A DNA stretch of 62,029 nt, the filler included, from Globobulimina sp. (lineage: Eukaryota), in the NCBI GenBank assembly GCA_003354225.1. It is 14 parts of 14 records of this genome, joined end to end, with 100 filler letters (N's around TTAATTAATTAA, not from the genome) between each part and the next. Parts side by side here need not be neighbours in the genome. Positions count along the whole stretch, not along the records: positions 44,400 to 48,733 come from PIVH01001340.1; positions 48,834 to 53,166 come from PIVH01001341.1; positions 53,267 to 57,598 come from PIVH01001342.1; 11 more parts are not named here. One strand, given 5' to 3'. Below, piece after piece: positions 46,722 through 57,698 of this stretch. The position numbers and the translations under genes were made by a program. How positions within the stretch are numbered: the stretch's first letter is position 1; each line of letters starts with the position of its first letter. The notes under the pieces were generated by a model. That model was not told the DNA's origin, did not search any database, and saw nothing but the letters and a program-made list of their open reading frames with translations.

Positions 46722-48542
46722 ATGCGATTTAGTAAGGGCTTTGGTGCATTTTACATAATTTGGGAGCATGGTTTACTACCAAAAAACTTTAATTTAATAA
46801 TGAAGTTTCCTTTACCGAATGTCAGCGAAGAGGATCGTGGATTGTTGAAAGGAATAAGATCCAAACGAAAATATGAAAAAAGAAGAACATCACCAAAAGA
46901 AGAAGATGGTAATGCATACTGCATGGTAACAGTGACAGCAATCGGCGGTGCAATCATAATAATAACCACCATAATTTTTACAGTGATGGAAATACTAAAC
47001 AGCAGAAAAACATCCATCACGGCATACCCAGTGAATTACCATTCTGATGACAGCCTAAACATCTTACAAAAGGATATGGACTATGCCTATCCACGAATAT
47101 CGTTGGAAGAGGTCCGGGCAGAGATTGAAAAATCGCGCAAAAAAGAAATAGAACAAGCTACAGAAATGACGGACAAAGCCATGCAAAGGCAGCAATCCTG
47201 GATAGCACACGATTTCCCATCAGATGCAGATCCAAATACAATACAAGATATAATTAGTACGTTTTTCTCAGACACCGAATTTTATCGACGTTTTCGCGAA
47301 GAGGGTGATACGGAATGGACCCTCCAATTATCCAAATCGAGAGCTATTTATAATGATTCACAGTACCATCGACTCCCAATATGTTTGCAAATGGTGAACC
47401 AAGCGAATGGATATGGTTATAGAAATTGGAGGGATGGACAAGTCTATTACATGGCAGATATGCTGTCTTGCACTATCGGTATACATTGGGGATGGTTAGC
47501 TTCGTGTCCCTCACCCACTGACGGCTTAAAATATATGTATAATATATTTGAAGTGCTATATTATAATAATTATGACTTTGCCGCATCGCATGTCTCATCC
47601 AATGCCGTTTCCAATACACAATTGTATCCTCCATTGCATTCATTCAATTCTTACCTTGCTGGTAAAGGACATGTTATGTATGATTTTTTTGGCAAATATT
47701 TTAATGGATCGCAGACCATTCTGGATCATGCAAATCAACATGTTTTGGTTGGTCTGGCCAATGGACACTTGGATTGGCCTCAAAAGGCAGCAAAATATGA
47801 TGTAGATTTGCATGAGATTGGCCAGGTGGAAATGTTTGATGGTGATATTGATAAAAGATATGGCGAACTCATAGGATGGGATGGCGCCATTTATATTGCT
47901 CCGGTGTTAAAATATTATGGTTTGTTGGTGCAACATTTACGATATAAATATAGGAAAATTATTGTTGATTTTATTGAAAATAATTGGAAGGATAAATTTG
48001 TCATTGCTTATCATATTCAAACGGGCAACGTTAGAGACAACTTTTCCGATTTTATTGTTGAAATTATTGAATCACTGAAGTTCTTATTGCGAAATGAGAA
48101 TGGTGTTGTTTCTGCAAATTCTATTGGTGGCAAAAACATCGTAGTGTATATTTCAACGGATGCAGGGAATGGTAATGAATTGCAAACATTTCTGGATGCA
48201 ATAAAAGAGAAAATAATTGTGATTGGTGATAATATTAATGTATTATTAAGAGATGAAGAGAGAATAGAATTTGGTTCTGGACATCCGATGGCAACACATT
48301 ATCAAACTGATACGCAAGAAAAATGCATTGAATTGTTTGCAAATGTTCAAATTGATGCAGAATTATTAGGGTTGGTTGATATTTTAGTTCTTCCGACGCT
48401 AAAAAAATATGGAAGTGCATATACCAGGTTATCTAGGGCATTAATGATGAAACGACATAAAATAATATGTGTATTCACAAGCAAAATACAATACTCGTGC
48501 AAGAATTTTGAATCCAAAATAGATAAAACAATGACGTTGTAA
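46722..48542 (+). CDS. Type II membrane fucosyltransferase-like protein (GT-B; NodZ/FUT8-type motifs)
   Basis: Single N-terminal TM. Motif I VIAYHIQTGN, motif II VYISTD, motif III IDAELLGLVDILV..SAY. Confidence 0.7.
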   Translation: MRFSKGFGAFYIIWEHGLLPKNFNLIMKFPLPNVSEEDRGLLKGIRSKRKYEKRRTSPKEEDGNAYCMVTVTAIGGAIIIITTIIFTVMEILNSRKTSITAYPVNYHSDDSLNILQKDMDYAYPRISLEEVRAEIEKSRKKEIEQATEMTDKAMQRQQSWIAHDFPSDADPNTIQDIISTFFSDTEFYRRFREEGDTEWTLQLSKSRAIYNDSQYHRLPICLQMVNQANGYGYRNWRDGQVYYMADMLSCTIGIHWGWLASCPSPTDGLKYMYNIFEVLYYNNYDFAASHVSSNAVSNTQLYPPLHSFNSYLAGKGHVMYDFFGKYFNGSQTILDHANQHVLVGLANGHLDWPQKAAKYDVDLHEIGQVEMFDGDIDKRYGELIGWDGAIYIAPVLKYYGLLVQHLRYKYRKIIVDFIENNWKDKFVIAYHIQTGNVRDNFSDFIVEIIESLKFLLRNENGVVSANSIGGKNIVVYISTDAGNGNELQTFLDAIKEKIIVIGDNINVLLRDEERIEFGSGHPMATHYQTDTQEKCIELFANVQIDAELLGLVDILVLPTLKKYGSAYTRLSRALMMKRHKIICVFTSKIQYSCKNFESKIDKTMTL

Positions 48543-48985
48543 TCAATTAATTTAATCCTAAAACTGTTTTATTTGTGTTGAATAATTCTCGCCGTCATCA
48601 CCATCAAATTGCTATTGTAGTAGGTCGAGCCTGGTTCTAGGGTTGAACTAAGGGTTTTTAAGTAAAGTTTTAAAGTAAGGAGTACCTAATAAGTTAGATA
48701 CAATAAATCAAGAGGATTTAGGATAAAAGGTCANNNNNNNNNNNNNNNNNNNNNNNNNNNNNNNNNNNNNNNNNNNNTTAATTAATTAANNNNNNNNNNN
48801 NNNNNNNNNNNNNNNNNNNNNNNNNNNNNNNNNATGGTGTTGGAAAAGAATGGATAAAATACGTACTTGTTGAAAACGAAAATAACCAATAGCATGGATC
48901 ACAGGGTTTCATCCTAGTTGCTAAATGTTGAGATAATGTCAGAAGTGATGTTTTTTATGCAGAGTGTTACTGGTTTTGAGATTTG

Positions 48986-51485
48986 TCACTGAAATTTATA
49001 TCTAAATATTCCATTACTTCCAGCATCAAATTGCTTTAGAAAGTCATTTTTTTGATGTTTTGCTTTTGCAGGCCATTGATTCTCTTCATCCTCATAATCA
49101 TCATCCGGATCAAAATCTTGTCCGTAATACCGATTTCCCATTCTATCAATATACGTACACTCAACCATCACAAACAATGATCCACTTGGTTTATGCCATT
49201 GTATTTGTTGTACCATAGTATTACCAGTTGATATTTCATATAATGCACCATTTTTTTTATTATTTCGAATATCCCAAATAGTGACAGCTTCATCCATTCC
49301 ACCTGATGCAATAAATGCATTTCCGTTTGCATTAAATCCAATTCCCGCATATAAATTATTATTTCCACATGCTTTAATACTTAATATCGGTGACAACGTT
49401 CGAATATCCCATGTTTTCACCATGCGATAATCCGTCGAAACTAATAAATTATGCGAATCAACTAAATATTGACGAAATGGGAGTTGTGCGTTGCCCGCAT
49501 TATGTCCCAACAACATTCCTGAAACATCTTCTTTATTCATGTCATATAAATAAATGCAATTATTATTTGTAATATAAACCGTGCCATCAAATTGATTCAT
49601 ATTATCTGAAATGGACACAACCGATCCATTTTTAAAACGTTCTGTGTTTGGAATCCTTTTTGTATTAATTTCAAATGAATGGTGAGATGGATCACCTCCA
49701 CTGACTTCATATTCTTGCTCTCCATCACCATATCCTGCGTCAAATATGCTGTATAATTCTGTCGAAATACCATTTTCATCTTCAGAGGGAATATCTGAAT
49801 CATCACAACCTGATTTATATATTTGTTATATATTATTGGCATACATATAAACATATATATATTTACATGAGGTTTGATAATCTGTGACATGACGATTTAA
49901 TTCATTCAAATTCCATTGATCAAATGTCCCATTTGAGTATAGGAATACTTTATTTTTTGTTGTAAATAATCTTCCTCTCGGTCTGCCAGACACATCCAAT
50001 ATGTATTCACCGCTCAAACTGTTGGACTTACAATATGTATCATATCCATTTGCATTTATAACTCCTGAACATTTAACCCGATGATCACCACTTAGCCAAA
50101 CTCTATTATGTATAGAATCTGCATAAACAATAGATCCAGGATTTGAAAACCCTCTCCATGCTCCAAATCGTTGTGGATCGCCATTAGAATCAAAAAAATA
50201 ATTTTGCGTTTTAGATTGACGATTTTTCCATCCACAGCCGCCTATAACCGCTAATAAAGTATCACAACAATCCATAACATAATTGTCCGTGCTCCAACAC
50301 TCCATACTAGAATGGTCAAATTCCAATTTGCCACGATAGACATTTTCAGATATTGCATTCCTCCAAAATTTAATGCATAATTCAATCACAACCTGCATCA
50401 TAACATGCATTTATATGATTAATTATAACAACAATTAGACTGACAAACCTTAGGCAAAATAGACTGACCATATAATCCATTCAATAAATAAACATCGCGA
50501 TCAGGAAGACAGGTTGGACGGAGTGCATAATTTCCATCAAATCTAACATATAACGAGGCGCCGTTTGGCCTCTTCTCAGCTTGCTTTGTAGTAAAAACTG
50601 TGGTGTCTATAAATTCAACAATTCGTTGAATTTCCTTTTCTGCAGCTCGTTGATTGTTGTTATGGCCAAATATTCCATATTTCAAATTTAGCTGTTTTTC
50701 TGCAGTCACAATGGCTTGAACGACTGCAGTGAATTCCGGTGCGTTTATGGATTGGCTGAGCATATAGTAACAAACTTGCGTTTCATTGTTTAAATCCAAA
50801 GCGCCGGAATGAACTTTGCTGACAGTGTTAAAAATAAATAATTTCGATGGTCTCCATGTTTTCAAAGAAGCCTTCATTAAATATGATCCATCATTATTTG
50901 TAAATAATTCTTCAGCAATTTGATCCATTTCAGAGCACATTATTTTATCATAATCATCCACAGTGTCTGCAATTAATTGTAAATTTAAGAATTTTTCATT
51001 TTCATTGAAATATTTAGATGATTTTATTTGTGTTCCTAAAATTTATTATTCACATAATTGATATAAAAGTAATATAGAATTGAGGAGGAATACGAACATG
51101 AAATGGCATACGAACCTGCATTGAATAATTTTTGCATGAATTTATTGTGGTCATTAAAAACTTTTGTTTCATCCTCTATTGTTTTGGGGTCTGCTGCATC
51201 GAGTGTAATATGCGATTGCTTCAATTTATCAATGAAGGATATTAATTCTTGTCTGCTCTTAATTTCCTTTTAATGTGATGTGGAATTGTAATAAATTCAG
51301 AAAGTGATTAAAATGTGCATACAAACGGACAAAACTTGTCGTTGTTTGGTCCAGATTTTACATTGTTTTTTATGTTTTTTCCAGTTTGATCGCTGACATT
51401 TAGAATTGCAATAAAACACTTCTTTGCATCCACCACATCTGTTGCTTGCATTGGGCTTGTTACACTGGTTACAATTAGTTGGCAT
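48986..51485 (-). CDS. MYND zinc finger + WD40 protein (5 exons, ~745 aa)
   Basis: MYND CNQC..RCGGCKEVFYCNSKCQRSNWKKHKKQC. GT-AG introns 51335-51267, 51115-51036, 50448-50393 and 49866-49810 join five ORF-track segments in frame. WD repeats VKTWDIR and ASGGMDEAVTIWDIR. Confidence 0.85.
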
Positions 51486-51515
51486 TGCTTAGAACCAAAA
51501 ACCTTTAGATAAGTA

Positions 51516-52950
51516 ATGAGTGATGAAAAAGAGACTGAGCTCGAAACATATGCGGTTGGAATTGATTTAGGCACTACTTACAGTTGTATCGCAGTTTGGA
51601 AAGATGGAAAAGTAGAAATTATTCCAAATTCTTTAGACCAACTGGCAACGCCCTCAGTCGTCGCATTCACAGACACAGAATGTTTAATTGGTGACAAAGC
51701 ACGACAACAATCATCAAACAACCCCACCAATACCATATACCAAAACAAGCGCATCATCGGACGTAAATATAATGAGCAAACCGTTCAAGATGATATCAAA
51801 CGATATCCATTCAATGTAATATCATCACACAACCAACTAAACGCCAACAACAACCCCAACAATCCGGCAATCGATGATCAAAAAAGCCAGAATTTGCATA
51901 AAAAAGCAAGGCCAGCCTTTGAGGTCAAGTACAAATCCGAACAAGTAATATTTCATCCGGAACAAATCGCTGCTATGATACTGTCACAATTACGCAACGA
52001 CGCAGAGACATATTTGAATGCAAAAGTAAGCAATGCAGGTACCACAACCACCATATATCTGACACCTACACTGATTTCAAATACGTCCATCAAACAATAA
52101 ACAGTCATCACAGTGCCGGCATACTTCACAGACTCACAGCGAGAATCCACAAAAGACGCGGGCACCATCGCTGGCTTTAACGTATTGCGCGTTATCAATG
52201 AGCCCACGGCGGCGGCCATTGCCTATGGTTTGGGCGTACATAAAAACATCAAAACGAACCCTGAAAACAAGCAAAGCGATGCCTATGACTTCGACGAAGA
52301 AGAGGAGGAGACTCATATATTAATATTTGATTTAGGTGGCGGTACGTTTGATGTCTCGTTGCTAAGTATATTGGACGGCTTCTTTGAGGTGAAAGCCACC
52401 GCTGGCGATACACATTTAGGTGGCGAGGATTTTGATAATCGCATCTCAGACCATCTCACCACTCAATTGATACAAGAATACAGTGCAAAGTATCCAAATA
52501 TTGCACAAGAGCTCGGTGCAAATGCGTCGTTGTTACGCGACATCCGCACCAAATGCGAGCGCGCAAAATGCGAATTAGCAGTGGCTCAGAGCTGCGAAAT
52601 TGTGATCCAGTACACTGAGAGTGACGTATTTCGCTATGAATTGCGGCGTGATAAGTTTGAGTCGTTATGCAATGACTTATTCCTTTCCTGTTTGCAGCCG
52701 GTCGAACAGGTATTGCGTGACAGTGAGCTCAGCAAAGCAGAGATCAATGATATCGTATTAGTTGGCGGCAGTACGCGTATTATCAAAATCCGAGCACTGA
52801 TCCAGGCATTTTTCGATGGTAAGCAACCGTGTACGGATGTCAATCCTGACGAAGCTGTGGCGTATGGAGCCGCAGTGCAAGCCGCAATATTGTCCGTCAA
52901 TGATGTTAATAGGAAATATAAGGACGAGAATGATATCTTTTTGTTGGATG
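51516..52950 (+). CDS. HSP70: Hsp70 family chaperone, nucleotide-binding domain (incomplete)
   Basis: [27 protein letters not shown] across intron 52039-52104, [51 protein letters not shown]. Homology stops at the linker LLD. Confidence 0.95.
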
Positions 52951-53286
52951 GTATTTATTTATGCCCCTTCTGCAATGTTTTTTTATCATGGATGGACGGC
53001 TTGGAATTTGATGTATATTTTTGATCCCGATAAGAACAACGTCCTAACTGCAGTATGTATATGGCTTGATTGCACAATTATCAATCTTATTATGGTTTAT
53101 AGCTTTTGGTTGGGGCATGCCTGGATTAAGCGTCAGCAAGAAAAGAAGCTGTTAATTACTATTGGANNNNNNNNNNNNNNNNNNNNNNNNNNNNNNNNNN
53201 NNNNNNNNNNTTAATTAATTAANNNNNNNNNNNNNNNNNNNNNNNNNNNNNNNNNNNNNNNNNNNNACACAAACTGAAAGAAGCAC

Positions 53287-54015
53287 TTATTTTTCATCTG
53301 TTAATTTTGTTTGATAAAAGTCAGTCAATTGAATGACAGTGTTATTATCCAACATTAATGCTAAAAAATACGCTTTCTTATTATTGAAAGGAATATCATG
53401 GAAAGCCACTCCTTTGTCGCTGCCATCAAAATAATATTTGAGCGTTTTTTGTTTAATATTTAGTTCCATTGAAATTGTTGTAATATGTTTGTATTTACAC
53501 AGAGCATATTTGAGATGTTGCTGTTTTTGCGAGAATTTATATGTTAAATATTCATCAAATTGCAATGAATAAAAATGATTTGGATTCCACTTTGTATCAT
53601 AATAACAGGTCTCCACAAATTGTTTGTGCGAGGAATCAATTCCGATACCAAATAGGCCGCGCGGATACAACTCACGAATCACTTTAAATGTCCATTTGTA
53701 GAAATTATTAATATTATTCACATTCATATTTATGTTTATGTTTCCATAGACTGTATTATAGCACATTGAATATCTCGTGTGACTGCCACGAGATTCTATT
53801 CTATTCATTCTGTTGTTTAATTGCAATTTGGTTCCATGCGATGTAAAGTATTCAGCATGAACATAATACAAAGTGGTGACTGCCACAACTATGCCTGGAA
53901 TATTGTAATATGGACATTCTTTGTCACTGAATAATCTCTGCGATTTGCCTATGAAATAGGATACGATGCTTCTTGTACTTTGATTGTGGTGTTTTAAGGT
54001 TTCAAAGTCACACAT
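53287..54015 (-). CDS. SPRY/B30.2-like domain protein
   Basis: KWTFKV..FGIGID..ISMELNIKQKTLKYYFDG..GVAF..YFLAL beta-sandwich pattern. N-terminal YNIPGIVV..LYY motif. Confidence 0.7.
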   Translation of the reverse strand: MCDFETLKHHNQSTRSIVSYFIGKSQRLFSDKECPYYNIPGIVVAVTTLYYVHAEYFTSHGTKLQLNNRMNRIESRGSHTRYSMCYNTVYGNININMNVNNINNFYKWTFKVIRELYPRGLFGIGIDSSHKQFVETCYYDTKWNPNHFYSLQFDEYLTYKFSQKQQHLKYALCKYKHITTISMELNIKQKTLKYYFDGSDKGVAFHDIPFNNKKAYFLALMLDNNTVIQLTDFYQTKLTDEK

Positions 54016-54101
54016 GATTGGAAATGACTCTTTTAGTTGGTTGAACCATTAAGATTTTGTGTGTTGATGAAAAACAAAAATAAAAAGCGGAGTTAAATTT
54101 G

Positions 54102-55241
54102 TTATGTTGCACAAGAAATTTTCTGCCCGATCCGTAACACAATGCGCATATCCTTATATGTTATATTCTTGCGTGATTTTGTCAAGATTGGAGCAAGACA
54201 GCCAAATGTTGTCATTAACAAGAAATGAATTTCATTATCAATAAAATTATACCAATTCTTATAAATATCCGTTCCAACAGATTTTATCCAAAATTCGTTT
54301 TCATAGAACGTCCCAATCGACAACGATGAGGTTATTACACTTAAATTGTATTTCAATGCAAAATATTTTAATTTCCTCGCTATTTTACATATTTCCCCGT
54401 GGCAATAAAATGTTGTGTTTAATTCATACAAATATGTATTTAAACCCATATTATCAATCAGTATCATATCGATATTGCCATCCAATTTATTTATAAACTC
54501 ATTGCTGTCAAATAACTGTGTCATTTCATATAAGCTGCAGACAGAATAAACATCCATATTTTCCATGCTTTTTTGCAACAATTCTTGGTTATTTTGAATA
54601 TTATTTGGATGCGTTTGTGTATTGGCAATATTTTGCATGATATTATAAAATCTTTGTCCATCAAACTGATTATGACAATCAATAAAGATCACTTTGCCGC
54701 CATTTAATAGACAAAACGAAGATATTTGATATAAAATCAATGTTTTCCCCACAGATGGCGCACCGATGAAATTGGTGATGGATTGTGTGGGGATTCCGGG
54801 TGTTTTGTCGTTGATTAATAAATCTAATTTGGTGATTGCCGTCGAATGGTATTTAATATTATTATTATTGTCATTTATTGATTTAATTTGAATACTTTTG
54901 TAATAATGCTGCGATATAATTTGTTGCAACTGATACAATTGTTTGCTATCAATATGGCAGATATCTTTGTGTTTGGTCAGCAATATTTCTTCAAAGGTTG
55001 TGATATTTGCTTTTTGTAATTGATTTAGAATTTTGTTTGGGACTGAAGTGCCACACAAATATTTTAAATCATTGTCAAGATATTCATATGAATAATTGAG
55101 TGCTTTTGGTGATACAAAGTCGGAATTATTATTATTATCATTGCTAATGTTATTATTATTATTGCCTTTTGTCATTTTATACTCATTATCATCTAATTCC
55201 ATTTGCTTTTCTTCTTGAGAGAACTTCTCCGTTTGGCTCAT
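54102..55241 (-). CDS. Rad51 paralogue (RAD51D/XRCC2-like RecA-fold ATPase)
   Basis: HhH-like N-domain, Walker A GAPSVGKT, VIFIDCHNQFDGQRF, Walker B MILIDN, LKYFALKYNLSVIT. Likely start is MSQTEK at 55241. Confidence 0.8.
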   Translation of the reverse strand: MSQTEKFSQEEKQMELDDNEYKMTKGNNNNNISNDNNNNSDFVSPKALNYSYEYLDNDLKYLCGTSVPNKILNQLQKANITTFEEILLTKHKDICHIDSKQLYQLQQIISQHYYKSIQIKSINDNNNNIKYHSTAITKLDLLINDKTPGIPTQSITNFIGAPSVGKTLILYQISSFCLLNGGKVIFIDCHNQFDGQRFYNIMQNIANTQTHPNNIQNNQELLQKSMENMDVYSVCSLYEMTQLFDSNEFINKLDGNIDMILIDNMGLNTYLYELNTTFYCHGEICKIARKLKYFALKYNLSVITSSLSIGTFYENEFWIKSVGTDIYKNWYNFIDNEIHFLLMTTFGCLAPILTKSRKNITYKDMRIVLRIGQKISCAT

Positions 55242-55294
55242 TACAATAAAAATAAAAAACCTAGTTCTCAGTTTTACTGTTAAATTAAATGTAG

Positions 55295-56459
55295 ATGACA
55301 CTGAACCAAAATAGATCGTTGTTTTATAGCTCTATCAATCAAAGAGGCAGCAATGACGCAGTCGTCAATAGTGAACCAAATGAATCAAACAAATGCAAAC
55401 AATATAAAACTGAATTGATCACAAAAATAATGTATTATTTACCATTATGGATTTCCAAGAAACAGCCAAAGGATCCCGGAATCGGATCAGGACAACATAA
55501 TACAGCCAAGAAACCGATACATTAATTACATTATTGTTGCTATGATAGTTTTGTACAACATTGCAATGGTAATATACATGATAGTCAATGCAATATATTA
55601 TTGGAAGCCTAAGCCATATATGTTTAGTATAATAAATGAGTTAATTATGGAGACTGTAGATATTGGCTCCATTATATCTCGATTAATTGGAGGAATATAT
55701 TTTTATTCATTTTTTAATTATCCATTCGTCGGAACTTATATAACTGCCAAACATATGTCAATTGTAATATGCTCATTATTTTCATTAATTGTGTTAGATT
55801 TAATGCAGTTAACTATGAATCTGGGCACATTTGCAAATGATACACTTATCTCTGTATTTATAACAATGGGATGGATTGTTTTTGTTGATTGCGAAATATT
55901 GGCCATGTACGTCACTCATTATTTGATTTGCTTGAAGTATTTTGGTTGTTTGCAGCAAATATGCGATGTTATAAAACAAAGAAGTGATATCACAAAAGTC
56001 ATCAAAATGTACGAGGAAAAGCAGAAACAATTTGAAATTGACAACCCTCGCTTTTTGCAGTTAGCTATAAAAACAAATGTGATTTCATTGTTGGTATGGA
56101 TATGGGTCATTATTTATGGATTTGTTGTAGAACATACATCGGATTGGTTGAACTCATTAGTTATATGTTTATGGATTATTTTGTTACTCTCATTCTATGT
56201 GATCCCCTCTGCGACGTTAAATGATAAGTTTGCTGCTTTTAATAAAATATTATGGGAAGAAAGAGCACAATATTTGCATGAGGAAGCTTGTCAATATTAT
56301 AATCACTCTATTATTTTAATTGAAAAATGTCCAATTCAGATAAAGCTGTTTGGAATCACTGTGACAAAAAAAAATTCGATAAGATTTGTCGTTGCTTTCT
56401 GTATTGCAAAGTTGATTTCATACACAATTTCCATGACCTTAAGAAATATAAACAAATAG
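55295..56459 (+). CDS. Seven-TM protein resembling the gustatory-receptor-like (7TM ion channel) family; frameshifted near the 5' end
   Basis: About 7 TM helices, a long loop before the last three helices, and a terminal PIQIKLFGITVT..F....SY pattern. The 76-aa and 305-aa ORFs join if 40 nt between the ACAGCCAA repeats are removed. Confidence 0.55.
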
Positions 56460-56832
56460 GTGTAGGTAAAACAGTTTGTATGTATATATCCATGTTTTTG
56501 TTTTGTCTGAAAAACGTTTTGTTAAAGAAACAGTTCGGAGGATATTTTGCGTTTCTGTAGCTCCATTCCTTTCAAGTAATTGACAATATAAAAAAAATGT
56601 ATTATTAATAATAATAAAAAAAATAAAACAAACCAAATCCAATATACAATACAATTCATATTAGGCAAACAGAAGACCGTTTACATTATTTCAATATTTC
56701 CTAATATAATTGTTTTTGCTTCATAAAAAAATAAAAAATAATAAAAACAGAGAGTATACAAACGTAATAAATAAATCAAATAATACAATAAAAAACAAAT
56801 AAACATAACAAACATAATTAGTTAAAGTACGT

Positions 56833-57598
56833 TTATGGCAATTTACATGATGTAATTTTAATAAATATCAAAAATAACAACAATTTTAATTCAAATTCTT
56901 CTTTCTCAGTAATCGAATTCGAACTTAATCCATTTGCAGCAGTATCCACACATTGTTTAATCTCATTATAATTTAACCCACGCACTGCTTCTGTATCAAC
57001 GCCAGAAACAAACCGACTTAACCCCGTACCCAACACAACAGACAGAACAATAACATCATTACAATTATATACATTTCTTCGTAATGCAGATTCTACACTT
57101 TCTACCGATGTTTGCCGATTTGTAATTGATCCAATTGTTTGTAGATAATGACTCTTGAAATGTATATAAAACAAATTATGCGTTTTTGCGCAAAGTGAAT
57201 TTCCGACAACATATAAAACAAAAATATACAAACCACGTTCTTTCTTTCTGATGCTTTGATTTCTTTCCATATTGTCCCGCAAACACCTTTCCCTATGCCA
57301 CTATATCGCCTTAAACACGCAATCAACCGTGCTTCAAATTCTCTGAAATTGCGCGATTTGATCTGTTTCATTAAAAATGAACATTCTGCAATTTCAATAA
57401 TGCCCAATAAGCTGAATACCAATCGAGTGGCAAATATACAGCCACAATTAGTTTGTAATAATTCCCTCGCGGATGGTATAGGATTGGTAGTTGTTGTTGT
57501 TTTATAATGACGTTGAGGTTGAAGTTGAGCGACGATGATCCTTTTATTTCGAGAATAATATCTATTATTATGACGATAACGATTGTGATTATTATTAT
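56833..57598 (-). CDS. 3' exons of hypothetical protein
   Basis: Two overlapping ORFs probably separated by an intron. No family recognised. Confidence 0.35.
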
Positions 57599-57698
57599 NN
57601 NNNNNNNNNNNNNNNNNNNNNNNNNNNNNNNNNNNNNNNNNNTTAATTAATTAANNNNNNNNNNNNNNNNNNNNNNNNNNNNNNNNNNNNNNNNNNNN

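Noticed and set aside
48638..48660. TAGGGTT / TAAGGGTT near a contig end as telomere
   Set aside because: Only two imperfect, non-tandem copies.
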